The notes beneath the pieces are model-generated. The model was given only the letters and a program-made list of their open reading frames with translations, ran no database searches and was not told the origin of the DNA. A stretch of DNA of 63,760 nucleotides, the filler included, from Octopus bimaculoides (Eukaryota), in assembly GCF_001194135.2 (NCBI RefSeq). It is 10 parts of 10 records of this genome, joined end to end, with 100 filler letters (N's around TTAATTAATTAA, not from the genome) between each part and the next. Parts side by side here need not be neighbours in the genome. Positions count along the whole stretch, not along the records: positions 18,942 to 30,106 come from NC_068998.1; positions 30,207 to 41,430 come from NC_068986.1; 8 more parts are not named here. One strand, written 5' to 3'. Below are positions 24,880-38,712 of this stretch, in pieces. How positions within the stretch are numbered: position 1 is the stretch's first letter; each line of letters begins with the position of its first letter. Made by a program: the position numbers and the translations under genes.

Positions 24880-25480
24880 ATGGGACAGGGAGGCAAGGGG
24901 TATGTGGATCAATTTTGGAGTCCTTCACAGAAAATTTTTTTAAAAGTTAATTTAAAATTTGGGTGGGAGGGGTTAATTAAAAATTTTGAAAACAAAGTTT
25001 TTGTGCACATTGGAAATCTCTGTCATAGATAACATAGGAATCTGCTGGGGAAAAAAAAAATCAGAAGGGTTGTATGAGAGGTGGGACCTACAGCCTTCTA
25101 TATTGGCAAGGGCCAAAATCCAACCCTCCCTAGAACTACATGCCAAATTTGGTACAGATTGATTCAGTAGTTAGAATGAAAACAAAAAAAAAAAAATGAA
25201 AAATAGTTTAAAAATTTCAAATTTTGGAAAAATGTTTTTTGTCCATATTGGAAATCTCCATCATCGAAAATATAGGAATCCAGTAAAAGAAAAAAAATTG
25301 GAAGGACCGTATTGGTGGGGAGCAGGTACAGCCCCCTATATAAGCAAGGGCCAAAATCCCCTCCTCCGAACCTTCCCCAAGTAATGAAAAACCTTCATGC
25401 CAGATTTAGTACAGATTGATCCAGCGGTTTGGCCATGCATAGAGGAAACACATACACACAGTGAATTTTATAGCTACAGA
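24880..25480 (-). mobile_element. Non-autonomous Helitron-like 5' module with two internal subrepeats
   Basis: Two related blocks (cattggaaatctc...gcaagggccaaaatcc...catgccaaatttggtacagattgat) at about 25005-25170 and 25240-25430, then acacatacacacagtgaattttatagctacaga. On the minus strand this gives a TC start, as in Lep1-type Helitrons. Confidence 0.5.
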
Positions 25481-25873
25481 AAAACTTATACAGACAGGCT
25501 TTTACAGTCTTAACCTTCAAATTCTGTGTTGGGATACAGTCAATTGTGCTCAGTCCTGGTATGGCTACAGTGAGAATCTACAGAAAATGGACAGATTACA
25601 TGGTCAGACAAAAACACTATATGTCACAAAATTTATCCCCACAAATTGCAGTGCAAAATATGGTCTCCAGTTAGGCATAGGTTTTAAATATCTGGTAGTA
25701 TAGATATAGTTGTTTGGTCATTGATCCACAAAAATGCACATACATATTTGAAAACATATTATACACACAAAGAAAAATATATATTACACGTGCATATAAA
25801 AAAATTTATCCAATACACATATAGGCACAACTCTTAGCTGTTTCAACAATAACAATCAATATACAACTACTCA

Positions 25874-26155
<282 letters not shown>

Positions 26156-26238
26156 TTATATGTTTGTATGTAGGTATGCATCTATTGGAATGTGTGTATA
26201 TATGCAGATATATTCTTTTCTGTAACAACTTTATGTAC

Positions 26239-26322
<84 letters not shown>

Positions 26323-28299
26323 TTTACTACTACTGGTTAAATCTTTCATTGAATGCCTATATATTGATAGGTTGATGAGATGCAGTTGCCCTTTGTCTCC
26401 TGCCCATTCTACTTACCATTTCCCTTTTCTTCCATTTTTACTTAACCTTGTTTGAAGCATTACTTCTTTCTATCTCCCATATCCCCTCCTCAGCTTCCTT
26501 CAAACCCATTCATTATCTGCCCCAGACTTTTGACCCCCTCACAGTACTTCTCTCTCATTGCTCCTTTAATTTTCATTTCTTCTTCAGTTTCTTGCGTACA
26601 CCCAAACAAAAACATTAATTTCTCTTTTTTCCTCACATACAAAGGCCCAAAACAGATTCTACACTTCTCATGAGAAGTGAACTCACCAAACACTTCTGTT
26701 GAATATTTATATCATATGATACATAACCTCATCACGAGATATACATAATCTACATGTGATAATGAATATTATAACAAGATACTGGATTGAGATGCTGAGT
26801 ACTGAAATGAAACGTTTGAGAAATCTAGCCAGATATCTGTTTTATTGGTTTAGGCTGGAGGAGGACACTATGCCCATAGATATCGCACAACAACCAAAGC
26901 TGATGACATTGATACACAGTCAATGTTTCTCTTGAACTGTCTTGAGAGACCAGCTAAGTCTTGGGATAGAGGCCAACGAGAATTCTCATACGCAGTTGGA
27001 TAGTTAGATATTTGGGTTTAACCTGAAATGTTACCAGAAGTCAGCCTGAGATGCCCAGTACATATGGATATTAACACAAGCATTAGCTCACCTACTGTAG
27101 CAACAAGTACCAAACCTCCTGGAGATTGCATTGAAAAATGGTTTTATAAAATCTAGTGGACAAATAAAGATACAATTCACACATTCTTAGTGAAACTTAG
27201 TGAAACTATTTTAAAATAATCAAAACTAAATACAACACAAATTACTTCAGTAGGTTAAATTTACATAAAGCAAAAATATTCAACTCATTAAGTCTTTCAA
27301 TGTCTAAGATGAGTTATTTTTTAATAAGATTATAATTTTCCAAATGATTAATCTCTTCTTGTATTTTTAAAAGATGTAGATAGTTCTAGACTGGGTTCAA
27401 ATTAAGAAGCTTAATTTCTAAATTAAAAGCAGGAATAAGCCAGGGCAAACCAATAAAATAGAAACTGGTTGATATTCAGTCTGGGAGCATGGATATATTG
27501 AAGAATAACACACATAATGATAATGATTATGATGATGAATATCATCATTTTATGTCCACTTTCCATGCTGGCATGGAGAGGACACTTCAACAGGATTCAA
27601 TGGGTTGGAGATCCACATCTTCCTTCAATGTCTCATTTTTGGCATGGTTTCTATGGCTGAATGCCCTTCCTAACATCAACCACTTTAGGTATGATGTGCT
27701 TTGGCACAGTTATTTTGGCTTTGCCAATGTCACTCTTTCTGTTAATGTGTGTGAGCAAATTTCGCTTTATGTGTATGGGGTGAGAGGTGCTTGTGTCAAT
27801 CAGGTTCAATTAATGCATTGTAATTTTCCACTCTTTCTCTCTCTACTTATCTGTATATTTCAATGGGTGCTGATGTGTTTGCCTCCAGGGCCAAAAAGTA
27901 TTGTTGTGAAAACATTCAGTGTCCATATAGATAGGCAAAATTGCCAGGCATCCAAACAGCTGTGCCTAATCATACCATTCCAGGTACTGGGTGCATTTTT
28001 CATGGCACCAACATTATAGAAGTTGTCTTACCTAAAGAGCTATGTATTGATGCTGTTTGGATCAAGTATTAAATAATTAAGAGTTTACTGGGTGATTTTT
28101 GTGGCACAAACATGGTTGGAGGTTATCTTGTAGCTTGCAAAGACAAACAGAGCGCCCTCCGATGGAAGAGAATAAATAGATTTATTGTGAAAGGCTGATA
28201 AACAAAATAGTGTTAGTAGGAAAGTAACAGAGGCAGAGAGAAGGAAAATAAATATAGGTGTGAAGGGGAGGAGGAGGGAGAGGAGACAATGCAGTTAGG

Positions 28300-28990
28300 G
28301 TAATTCCTATTATGCCAATCCCATGGCCTCTAAATACCTGGTGCACAAGAGCAGCTATTGCAGATAATGCCAATTTCAAAATCCTAATAGCAGACTTAAT
28401 GAGAGTGATGAGAAATGTGTCTCGCATGTGTAACATAATGTAATTAGAAAGACACATACAACACATCATTCACTGCATGCAATTCTCTGGCTACAACCAA
28501 AGGAAGGGGATTAGAGTGTACAAAGGAACTAGGGCTAAGTATAAGGCCATCACAAAGAATGATGCAAATGGGATCTGTCTGCTATACTGGAGTAAATTCT
28601 GGAACAGCATAGAAAGGACCAAAAAGACAGATAAGGCCAACTTATGATATGATAACCAAAAATATCAGAATGTTATGTTTGCTGATACTACCCCTGGCAG
28701 CAAACTAGCATACCATTTTAGAAAAGAATTAGATAAGGTAAATTTACGGATGAAAGTAGTAGAAAGGTAATCTGTAGAGCATATCAATTTGAAAGGGCCC
28801 TATGTATGGAGAACTATATTGTATGTAGGATGAACCCACAGGTTAACTGTAGCATTAGGAATACAGTCTATAGCATACGGTGTACTGAGGGACAACAATA
28901 TACATTGGGGAGACAGTACATAGCATAGAGGAATGGATAGGTGAACAATGGTGGAAGCTCAAAGAGGAGAAAAGCTTGACAGTGCACTAC
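28300..28990 (+). mobile_element. Penelope-like element remnant (thumb, linker and GIY-YIG)
   Basis: YYANPMASKYLVHK...ILIADLMRVMRNVSR...MQFSGYNQ...FADTTPGSKLA...RNTVYSIRC / IYIGETVHSIEEWIGEQ, with stops and frameshifts. Confidence 0.65.
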
Positions 28991-29765
28991 CAACATGCTT
29001 AATTAAAACATAGAGGCTCAGCTAATAACATATATGTTAAGGTATTATCAACATATAGAACAGACACAGTACTTACAGATTACAGTGGCCACATACACAC
29101 ACAAATAGATGGACTGAGCCGCAACAGAAAACATGGATGGAACAATAACACCCTCCACCACAACACTACATAACATGATGACTAAAGACAGAATGAGTGA
29201 AAAAAAAAAAAGACATACAAACAGTATTATACATAATACACATACACAGAAGAGACACATAGGCATACTTAAGACAAAGTGGGAAAAAATGGGAAAAAAA
29301 TACAAAGAATAGAGCAATACATAAGTAAATGAATGAAAAACAAACTAGAGGGCACTGATACTAACAATATACTAACCAAAACCCATCTACACACACATAC
29401 AAAACAGAGTCGCACACATTCTGACCCACACTTACACAGATGCATGCACAGATAAGTATACACATAAGGATAATGATAGAAAGACAGAATAGACGAAACA
29501 GAACAGGAGACATGGGATGGAGTGTTGCTACAGCTGAATGCCCTTCATAACGCCAGCGTTAGAGATTTTGTCAAATCAGATTTGAGCCTGGTGTAGCCAT
29601 CTGGTTCACCAGTCCTCAGTCAAATCGTCCAACCCATGCTAGCATGGAAAGCAGACGGGAAACGATGAATAAATATATATAACCATATATACATATAACC
29701 ATATATATATATATATATATATAACCATATATACATATATAACCATACATATATATATATATAGT

Positions 29766-30106
29766 TGACAGCAAAGTGCAGACAACTGGCAGGGTGGATA
29801 CTGAGGGCATTCCGAACAAGGGATCAAAAAGTCATGTTGACTCTATGGAAGACATTTATTCTGAGCCGCCTAGACTATTGCTCTCAGTTGTGGTCACCAC
29901 ACAGTGTCAAGCGGACAGCAGGACAGCAGAACTCGAGGCAATTCAGCGTCACTATACAAAAAAGATCACCACAGTCCAACAGATGAACTACAGGGAGCGA
30001 CTGAAGGCACTAGGTCTCTACTCCCTGGAGCACAGGCGGGAGAGATATGTAATAATATACATATGGAAAATACTGGAAGGACTGGTGCCAAACTTTGGTA
30101 TCAAGT
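29766..30106 (+). mobile_element. CR1-clade LINE ORF2 C-terminal region
   Basis: LAGWILRAFRTRDQKVMLTLWKTFILSRLDYCSQLWSPHSVK / AELEAIQRHYTKKI...MNYRERLKALGLYSLEHRRERYVIIYIWKILEGLVPN. The frameshift coincides with an 8-nt tandem duplication (ggacagca) near 29912. Confidence 0.88.
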
Positions 30107-30335
30107 NNNNNNNNNNNNNNNNNNNNNNNNNNNNNNNNNNNNNNNNNNNNTTAATTAATTAANNNNNNNNNNNNNNNNNNNNNNNNNNNNNNNNNNNNNN
30201 NNNNNNAGTAATTGACCAGTTAACGATGTTGAAACTGTAAGTCACGACTGGTATGGCTAGAGCATTGATCGCTTCGATCCTGTTTCTCGCGTTCAGCTCT
30301 GTCTTCAGTATTGCTCTCACCCTGCGATAACATTC

Positions 30336-30375
<40 letters not shown>

Positions 30376-30377
<2 letters not shown>

Positions 30378-30900
30378 GGATGAAATGCTTAGCGGTATTT
30401 CGTCCGTCGTTCAGTTCTGAGTTCAAATTCTGCCGAGGTCGACTTTGCCTTTCATCCTTTCAGGGTCGATAAAATAAGTACCAGTTGAACACTGGGGTCG
30501 ATGTAATCGACTCATTCCTACCTACCTAAAGCTGCCCTTGTGGCAAAAATTTTCAATAATTATTATTATTCGACTTTACCTTTCATCCTTTCAGAGTTGA
30601 TAAAATAAGCACCAGTTATAAGTACCCCCACTAGGATACTAGTCCCCTCCCACCAAATTTCAGGCCTTTTACCTTCAGCAAAAAAATTATTGTTGTTGTT
30701 GTTCTTTTTGTTATTGTTGTTGCTGTTGTTATTATTACTATAGTCTCTAATAGATACAAAGTGAGGAATTTTCAGAGGAGGTGTTAGTCAATGCTACCAA
30801 CCCAAGTATTTCACTGAAACTTTATTTTATCGACTCCGCGTAGAGCTGTAGAAAGGCAAAGTTGACCTCTGCAGGATTTCAATTCCGAGCATAAAGGGCC
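30376..30900. mobile_element. Cluster of gagttcaaattc...gtcgactttgcctttcatcc SINE-like repeats (two on +, one on -)
   Basis: + copies at 30376-30552 and 30570-30685, and a - copy at about 30770-30900. Confidence 0.7.
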
Positions 30901-32186
30901 GTGAATTGAATGTAAATTGGAAAATTGTTACAAACATTCTATAAACTTAAATTTTAAAAATCAAAATCAAAATTATGAAGTCTCTAATAAATTTGTAAAG
31001 TTAATATGGGATATTCCAAAATTCAGTTGGTTGTTAAATTTCTTTCTATCTTTTGTAATATATAAACTGCTGTTCAACTTATTTTCCCATGACAGAATTT
31101 AAGCATAGGCCAGAACGCTGACGAAGTTTTGTCTCAGCATCTTACAATACTGCTACTTAGTACCTATGAATAAGGCCTATAAACCTCTGAGCTTAAAACT
31201 TAAGTGATTTCGTCTGAGACACATTGCAGTGCCATTCACAAGATATGAACTTCAGACCCTTCAACTGGTAAATTCAACATCCGGCTGTTATTCCCTTGTT
31301 GAAACTGATTATCCAAAATCTTGTCGCCAAAAGAGCTCGATTAGTTCACGTTGTAGACTTATTAGTGTTGTCTCAAATAATTATTAACGATTCAAAATAA
31401 AATGATTGGAGTAACACAGTTGAGTGACGAGTAGTCAGAAACATTTTGCTTAATAAAACATAATTGTTAATTCAGAAATGATTATGCCTTTACCAAGAGT
31501 TTTCAACAAGAAAAATTAATGTTTTCCGAAGGCTCGAGATTTGTGTCTCAAAATCTTGTGATAATTGTCGGTGTTATCATCAACGAATCTTTTCTGACAT
31601 TTTTCACATGACCTTGATCTAGTAGTCGAGAGGAAAAATATCTTTTCACTGAATAAATTAAGCAGCGTATTTCTGTAAGGTGTAGTTATTTTAACTGTCG
31701 TGCAGGAAATATGGTTGTCAACATATGTCAGTATAATCGGTAATTCTTGTCCGCTAATTCATTCTGACGCCGTCTTTGTCTCATTGCATGTTTCGTTGAC
31801 GCCCAAACAGGTCATGTGATATTATATTATAGCATCAAAAAGCTATAATGTCTTAAACAGTTGGCAGAGCACAACACAAAATTTGTGTCACATTTGTCCA
31901 TCACAGTTATAAGTTTATAATTTGGCAGTTCAATTGAAGATATGGGTGAGGAGCCCGAACAATTTATTAACACAGAACTACATAATTTGCGAAAAATATT
32001 TATTATTTTCCTTCTCAATCTATATAATTATTTCAGATTTCTTACAAAGAATAAAAAAATAAAAATTTCTATTTGATATATCTGTGTTTACTACAATAGT
32101 GAGATGACAAAATGTATAAAAGATAAAGATTAATCCCTTTATAATAAATAAGCGTATATCACAGCACACTGCCGTCAATATCCGTT

Positions 32187-32578
32187 TCAGATTTTTGGCA
32201 CAGCGCCAGCAACTTCGGGGAACGGGTTAAGTCGATTACATCAACCCCAGGGCCTCACTGGTACTTTTATTATGGATCCCGAAAGGATGAAAGGCAAAGA
32301 CGACATCGGCGGAATTTGATGCACAAAATATGTCACTTAGCATTTTGCCCGGCGTACTAAAGACTCTGCCAACTCGCCGCCATCGTGCTGTCATCACTAT
32401 TAAAATACAGTAAGGTGATGTGCTGGCGGAATCGTTACGGCGCCGGACAAAATGCTTAACAGCATTTCGATTGTTCTTATGTTCTGAGTTCAAATTCCGC
32501 CGATGCAGAATCGATAACATAAGTATCAAATGAGCACTGGGGTCGGTGTAATCGACTAGCCCCCTTCCTCGAAATTGT
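32187..32578. mobile_element. Head-to-head pair of the same SINE-like repeat
   Basis: - copy at 32187-32381 and + copy at 32414-32578, separated by about 32 nt. Further diverged copies occur at 5340, 20062, 37590, 43430 and 46152. Confidence 0.7.
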
Positions 32579-32579
32579 G

Positions 32580-32612
<33 letters not shown>

Positions 32613-32623
32613 TAGATAGATAT

Positions 32624-32688
<65 letters not shown>

Positions 32689-32710
32689 AAATAGTCAGAT
32701 ATGTGTACAG

Positions 32711-32748
<38 letters not shown>

Positions 32749-32800
32749 TTATGTGTATATATATATACTCTTACTCTTTTACTCTTTTACTCAAGACAAA

Positions 32801-32839
<39 letters not shown>

Positions 32840-32899
32840 CATGGATAGATAGATATGATACCCATATTATATGTTATTGTAGTGTGAGGGCGAGTCGCT

Positions 32900-33170
32900 T
32901 TGTGGTTGGGGTATTCGGCTCACGGTGATAAGATCCTGAGTTCGATTCCCGGCGGCGCATTGTGTCGTTGAGCAGGACACTTTATGTGTAGTACCTGTAT
33001 TTCAAAAGTGTCATCCTTGTCGTATTCTGTCTTACACTGAATCTCCCTGGGAACTACGTTATGGGTACGCGTGTCTGTGGAATCCTCTGTCACTTGCACA
33101 TTAATTTCACTAGCACGTTGTTCAGTTGATTGAATCAATTGGAACACTCGTCGTAACGGACGGAGTGCCA
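32900..33170 (+). mobile_element. Diverged tRNA-derived SINE sharing the gaactacgtta...cacttgcac core
   Basis: B box GTTCGATTCC at about 32940, then the shared core and a gacggagtgcca end. Confidence 0.65.
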
Positions 33171-33441
33171 GTTATTATATTATATTTCCCTTATTGCAAT
33201 GCTCCAAGAAAGAAGTAGTCAGTGCGAAAGTAGAATGCAGAAATTTCTTTAAGCCGATCCATTTTCCTGCTTCCACGGTGCGTGCTCACTTACTAAGACA
33301 AGTCAGACTGACCAAAGAGACAAATTGCACCACACCGACGGTAGAAGTAGGGCGAGGGGAAAAAAACCAGCTGTTGTTAGTGACATTATCAACAGTAAAA
33401 GCAATGATAATAAAACTGATGTAAACATGTTGATATATATA

Positions 33442-36390
33442 CTGTATTTAGCCGCTTATAAGACGCACCGGTATGTAGGACGCACCCTAAAATTAGCGGT
33501 TAGCCAGTGTATGGGTTAGCCAAAATAAGGATTAGAACAGTTAACCAAAATAAGGGTTAGGACATTGTTAATCAAAATAAGGGTTAATGACGTGCTAAGT
33601 CGCATGGTGGAAGTGACAGAGGTGGTTTGATATATACAGTTTATATCGTTGTTTGCCCCCCAGAACAGAATAATTGTACAGCGGCTAGCTACTGCACATC
33701 CACACCTGTATACCCTGGAAAAGTACTGGGTATTATGCCGGTTTTCCGAGGGCTTCACTGTTTTTTCATTGCATCAGTTTCGTGACACATTTGAAGAATT
33801 CCTGAATATCCTCGCACGGCCCGTGCCTTCGGCGCTTGACCCGAGGCTGACTTTGCCTGAGTGCATGTCATTTACTCACTAAACCTTACCTTTTATTACT
33901 ATTAAGTTCCTTTATGTTGTCTCTTCCCATGTATTTTAAATGGTTTGGTACACATTTTTTGACACCCTCAATGAAGACGGAGAAAATTAGGTAGAGGGAA
34001 TTTTGTAGAGACTGCTTCAGCGCTAGGCCTCAGACTGAGTTCAGTCCATGCCAGCCATTAAACCTTATATTTAAGGTTATCTGTGCACCTTGTCTTGGAA
34101 ATACCAGTACATGCAGTGGTCACAGCTAACAGTACCTGTGCCATAGTACTGGGAAGAGTACCAAGGATGCAACAACGAATTGTTTTGAATGTTTTGATTG
34201 TGAGTCATACGTTTATTGTCTGATATGGCTTGACCTCAGCTTCATTGTTCATTACTTTATTTTCTGATATTTACCGTTTGCAGTGAACGCCAGGTAACGC
34301 TATGACCATAGCCTCATCTGTACGGTTCATTATTATTATTATTATTATTATTATTTTGCACTGACATATACCGAATATCTTTTATCACGGTTTGTTATGT
34401 GGAGGCGCAATGGCCCAGTGGTTAGGGCAGTGGACTCGCGGTCATAGGATCGCGGTTTCGATTCCCAGACTGGGCGTTGTGAGTGTTTATTGAGCGAAAA
34501 CACCTAAAAATCCACAAGGCTCCGGCAGGGGATGGTGGCGAACCCTGCTGTACTCTTTCGCCACAACTTTCTCTCACACTTACTTCCTATTTCTGTTGTG
34601 CCTGTAATTCAAAGGGTCAGCCTTGTCACACTGTGTCACGCTGAATATTCTCGAGAACTACGTTAAGAGTACACGTGTCTGTGGAGTGCTCAGCCACTTG
34701 CACGTTAATTTCACGAGCAGGCTGTTCTGTTGATCGTATCAACTGGAACCCTCGACGTGGTAAGCGACGGAGTGCCAACAACAACTGTTTGTTATATTTA
34801 GATTTTTCTTTTATATTAACATTCTTTACTATTGCCACTTTATTTGTAAAAAGAAAACTTATCAAAACCTACCAGTACATAACCAAACTATTAAGATACA
34901 ATCAGCTCATTTGTAACTTTTGACCCCATAATTTATAAAAACTTGATTCACTTTAAAATCCTAAAAGGTTATGATTGCTGTCTTTCTCATTCAGTTCCTG
35001 GTTGGCATTTCCCTCAAGTTCCTGGAATTCATCAGCTTCCTCGCATTCCCAGGGGCAATCGTTGTTTTCAGAATCAGATATGTCTTTATTGTAATGTTTA
35101 AAAAAATCATCTTCAGGGCCATCTAGAGTGTTACTGATACCACATTTTGTAAACCTTTTATAATTGTTTCGGTTTTTACCGCTTCCCACGAATTTTTCAC
35201 CCAATGGGCTGCCTGGGAAAATGTAGGCCTCTTAACACAGCCTGTTTGTGTCAGTTCATGTTGCGTATCAGTTCATGTTGTTTATTTCACTGAATGATAA
35301 TATTTGCTCCACTTTGTATTACTGATATTTACTGTAATTCTAATTGAACAGATATGGAATAACAATGTGCCACCTCGAGGAGGTCTGTGTTCAAACTAGT
35401 GATGTTGTTGGTTTTGGTTGGCTACTCACTGCAACTGCGCATATACTTTGTTGGTGTCACACTCGGTCGGTACTACCAAAAGAATATCCACGAGATGGTT
35501 ATAACGGAGAGACAATTGTTCCATTGTTTGTTTAAGTGTTAGATAGTATTGAAGTATTTTGGTCTTCATTGTAGATTTGTTTTATTTATAGGATACTGTT
35601 ACTCGTTGATATATTAAAATATTACAATAGTTACTGGTTGGTAACCTGTAAATACCTATGATAACGAGTGGTTTGCCTCACCACAGCCAGTAGTTTAACG
35701 AATTATCACAGTCACATATGGAACATTCCATGTTTAACCTATTATGGTGTTCTGGTAGTTTCAAAAATTACCATACGGCAAAATGTCTGGTTTCCAGTAT
35801 AATCGTGAGCAACTGAAGACAAGTTCAAAATCCGCGCCAATAGTGCATGTTAGCTTCTAAGCTGCTCGAGTGGCGGCTCCACTTTCATTGTTTTGGTTTG
35901 GTAAGCAAAGATGGCAAGTGCATGTTACGGTAGGCAAACTTTAATTACGCTATTAAGAGCCCATTTTACTCATAAGTATTGCCCTCAGTGTTAATTGTGA
36001 ATAAAATCACAATGTTTAGGGAAGTAGCAAAGCTAAAATGTATAGTGCTGAGATTAAGAAGAAAATAAACATAAATAGTGGTAAGTGTGTTGAACTGTGT
36101 CTCTCCAGACGTATCCAACAAAGCGCCACGGTGAACCATGAACCCCAGTACTGATAATTACAGGGTGTGGGGATATGGAATGAGTATATGCAGTATGTAT
36201 AAGGTCTGTACACATCATGCACAGCGTAATATACCATTATATTCATTTGGAAATTGTTTGAGTTGTTTGTATTGTTAAACAAGGGAGGTAACAAGGTCTA
36301 AACCTGACCTTCACCATACAAGGCGCACAGTGATTTTGAGGGTTAATTTTTGAGAAAAATAAAGCGCGTCTTATATGCCGCAAAATACGG
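33442..36390 (-). mobile_element. Tc2/pogo-like DNA transposon derivative with imperfect TIRs and a nested SINE
   Basis: Left TA|CTGTATTTAGCCGCTTATAAGACGCAC versus right (reverse complement) TA|CCGTATTTTGCGGCATATAAGACGCGC, 24 of 30 matches counted. Internal minus-strand WVKNSWEAVKTETIIK / FTKCGISNTLDGPEDD at about 35210-35100 is the pogo-type C-terminal motif. Confidence 0.6.
34401..34785 (+). mobile_element. Full-length tRNA-derived SINE (octopus OR/OK-class; family name unverified)
   Basis: A box TGGCCCAGTGG, B box GTTTCGATTCC, body gagaactacgttaag...cagccacttgcacgtt, and a (CAA)n tail. Confidence 0.85.
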
Positions 36391-36634
36391 TATATATATA
36401 TATATATATACGTATGTATGTATATAAATACATGACATACGTGCTTTTCCCCGGGCCATTTTTCGTCTTTCCTCTTTCTAACGAACAGCTTTGCTCGAAA
36501 TATCGATCCTCTTTTTTTCCATCTTAAACTTTCTCCAGCCGTCAATCTAATACATTCATTATGTACGCCTCTTAACTTTTGTTGCTTTTCCTGTTTTTAG
36601 TTTTGATTTGCCGAAATACACACGCACACACACA

Positions 36635-36777
36635 ACTACCAAATCCACTAACAAGGCTTTGATTGGACTGAGGATATAGTACAAAACACTAGCCCAAGGT
36701 ACCGCGCAGTGGGACTGAACCCGGAACCATGTGGTTGGGAAGCAAGCTTCTTACCTCACAGCCATGCCTTCACCTAT
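36635..36777 (-). mobile_element. Head of the bipartite CORE-like SINE
   Basis: ccaaggtaccgcgcagtgggactgaacccggaaccatgtgg matches the reverse complement of 53825-53970. Confidence 0.75.
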
Positions 36778-36779
36778 GT

Positions 36780-36907
<128 letters not shown>

Positions 36908-38641
36908 ATATGAACAACTTGATACAATAAAGTTATCTTTTCTTTATTATAATATATTAGCAATAAGGATGCTGGTGAGGAGGAGGGGAGGAAAAAGAAG
37001 GTGACGATAACAAGAACAGATGCATACCTGGATCCATACACATACAGAAGTATAGAAAGGGAATGTGAAAAGAGGGATGATTCAGTCCATGTACAAGAAC
37101 ACGTGCCCATACATACAGACAGCTACAGATATATACATACCTACCTTCAACTCAACAGGTCAGCTCTGCTTGAAAGATGCCAAAGCTTATGGATAATAAA
37201 GCACTACTTGGAATGTGCCATATGAAATCACGGCAGTTAATTTTGCTTACGACTCCATGACAAAATCTGAGCTATTAATACTAAAGATTAGATCACTGCA
37301 TTGTCATGAACCAATACGCTAATTACGGTTCATTAATGACGTCTTCTGTTTTGTATTTTGGGTTTTTTTTTATTTTTTGATCTTTGAAGGAATTCGGGGT
37401 TGCCTAGCTAAATTTATGCATTGCTGTGGTTTAAAGTCCAAAATAAAGATCTCGCCCGGTTTTTCAAAAACCAGCGGCAACTTTTTGGACATGAAAGTTA
37501 AGTTTTCAGAAGGCCACATAGTAACAGAACTATAGAAGCGCAAATACTTCAGAATTGTTGATATACCAATAACTCAATCTTTGCACCAACAGTTTGTTTC
37601 CCTATGCTCAAATCCAAATTCCGCTGGGTATATTTTCTGTCATAATTCCGTGGCCAACAAAATGAGTACCACTCAGCTACTGATGTCGATTTAATTAATG
37701 TGCCACCTGACAAAATTTGTGGCGTTGTACATACGCTAGAAGTCAACTTTAATACACAACTTCATGTGATATAAATATCACGTGATTTCATATGATTTAC
37801 ACAAAATCACTTAAGATTTTAAAAACCTGTCATGTTTTACAAGTTTATTTACACTCGTTTCATTTGACACAATTAGGTCAAGTGGGATCAGATGGAGTAT
37901 ATTTTCATCTGGCATTTCACATTAACAGTATCAATAAATCGACTGCTTATTTCCCAAATAAATAACTGAGTGAAATCTGCCAATGTTTTAGGACGTTAAT
38001 AGTCGATCATATATATATTGGTGTACTTACTATTAGTTTTTTAATGTCGGTATTTAGAAAACGAAAGTCTTCAACGCAAATTCATGTTTATCATTAAAAT
38101 AAATTCTTTATATTATTGATAAAGTAACGAATTTACAGAGGAAAAAGATCATGAACTTGTTCATGGCTTCCTCATTAGAAGTATGCTGAAGTCAGCTGAT
38201 ATCAACTAGGTATAGAGATCTTCACACACACAAATTAATCCTTCCCTTAAGGTGTTCAGCCAAATCTACAAAAATAAACTCAAAGACATTTTTTAGAAAT
38301 AAAGATGTCATTGTGTCATCAATTTCTCAGGAATTTTCAAGCGCACTATGTAGTTTATCACTATTCTTTAAATTTTCTTGTTGCTATTTGGTAATCTAAC
38401 AAGTGATAGAATCGGTAGAGTGTCAAAGTGCCTTCGTGGATTGAAGTGCTAAAATCGCCAAAAAGCTACTTCGCCTATATTCTTCCTAGTGATTTGTAAC
38501 TCTGTTAATTAGAACGCAAACTCGTATGTGATAATCTCTAAGTGAAAAGGTGTATTGTCGTTTGACCAAAGAATGATTTTAGAAGCTCAAGAAGAAATAT
38601 ATCTGGTTTTATATAAAATTATATGCGTGTGCACTCAAATT

Positions 38642-38643
38642 CG

Positions 38644-38703
<60 letters not shown>

Positions 38704-38712
38704 TGTGTGCGT
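38642..38712. repeat. (GCGT)n microsatellite
   Basis: Direct reading. Confidence 0.95.

Noticed and set aside
31827-31900. DKCDTNFVLCSANCLRHY, resembling a piggyBac Cys-rich tail
   Set aside because: The first Cys is missing and no DDD domain is nearby.
34401-34480. tRNA-like cloverleaf (also at 47875 and 7990)
   Set aside because: These are SINE heads continuing into a shared body and tail, not tRNA genes.
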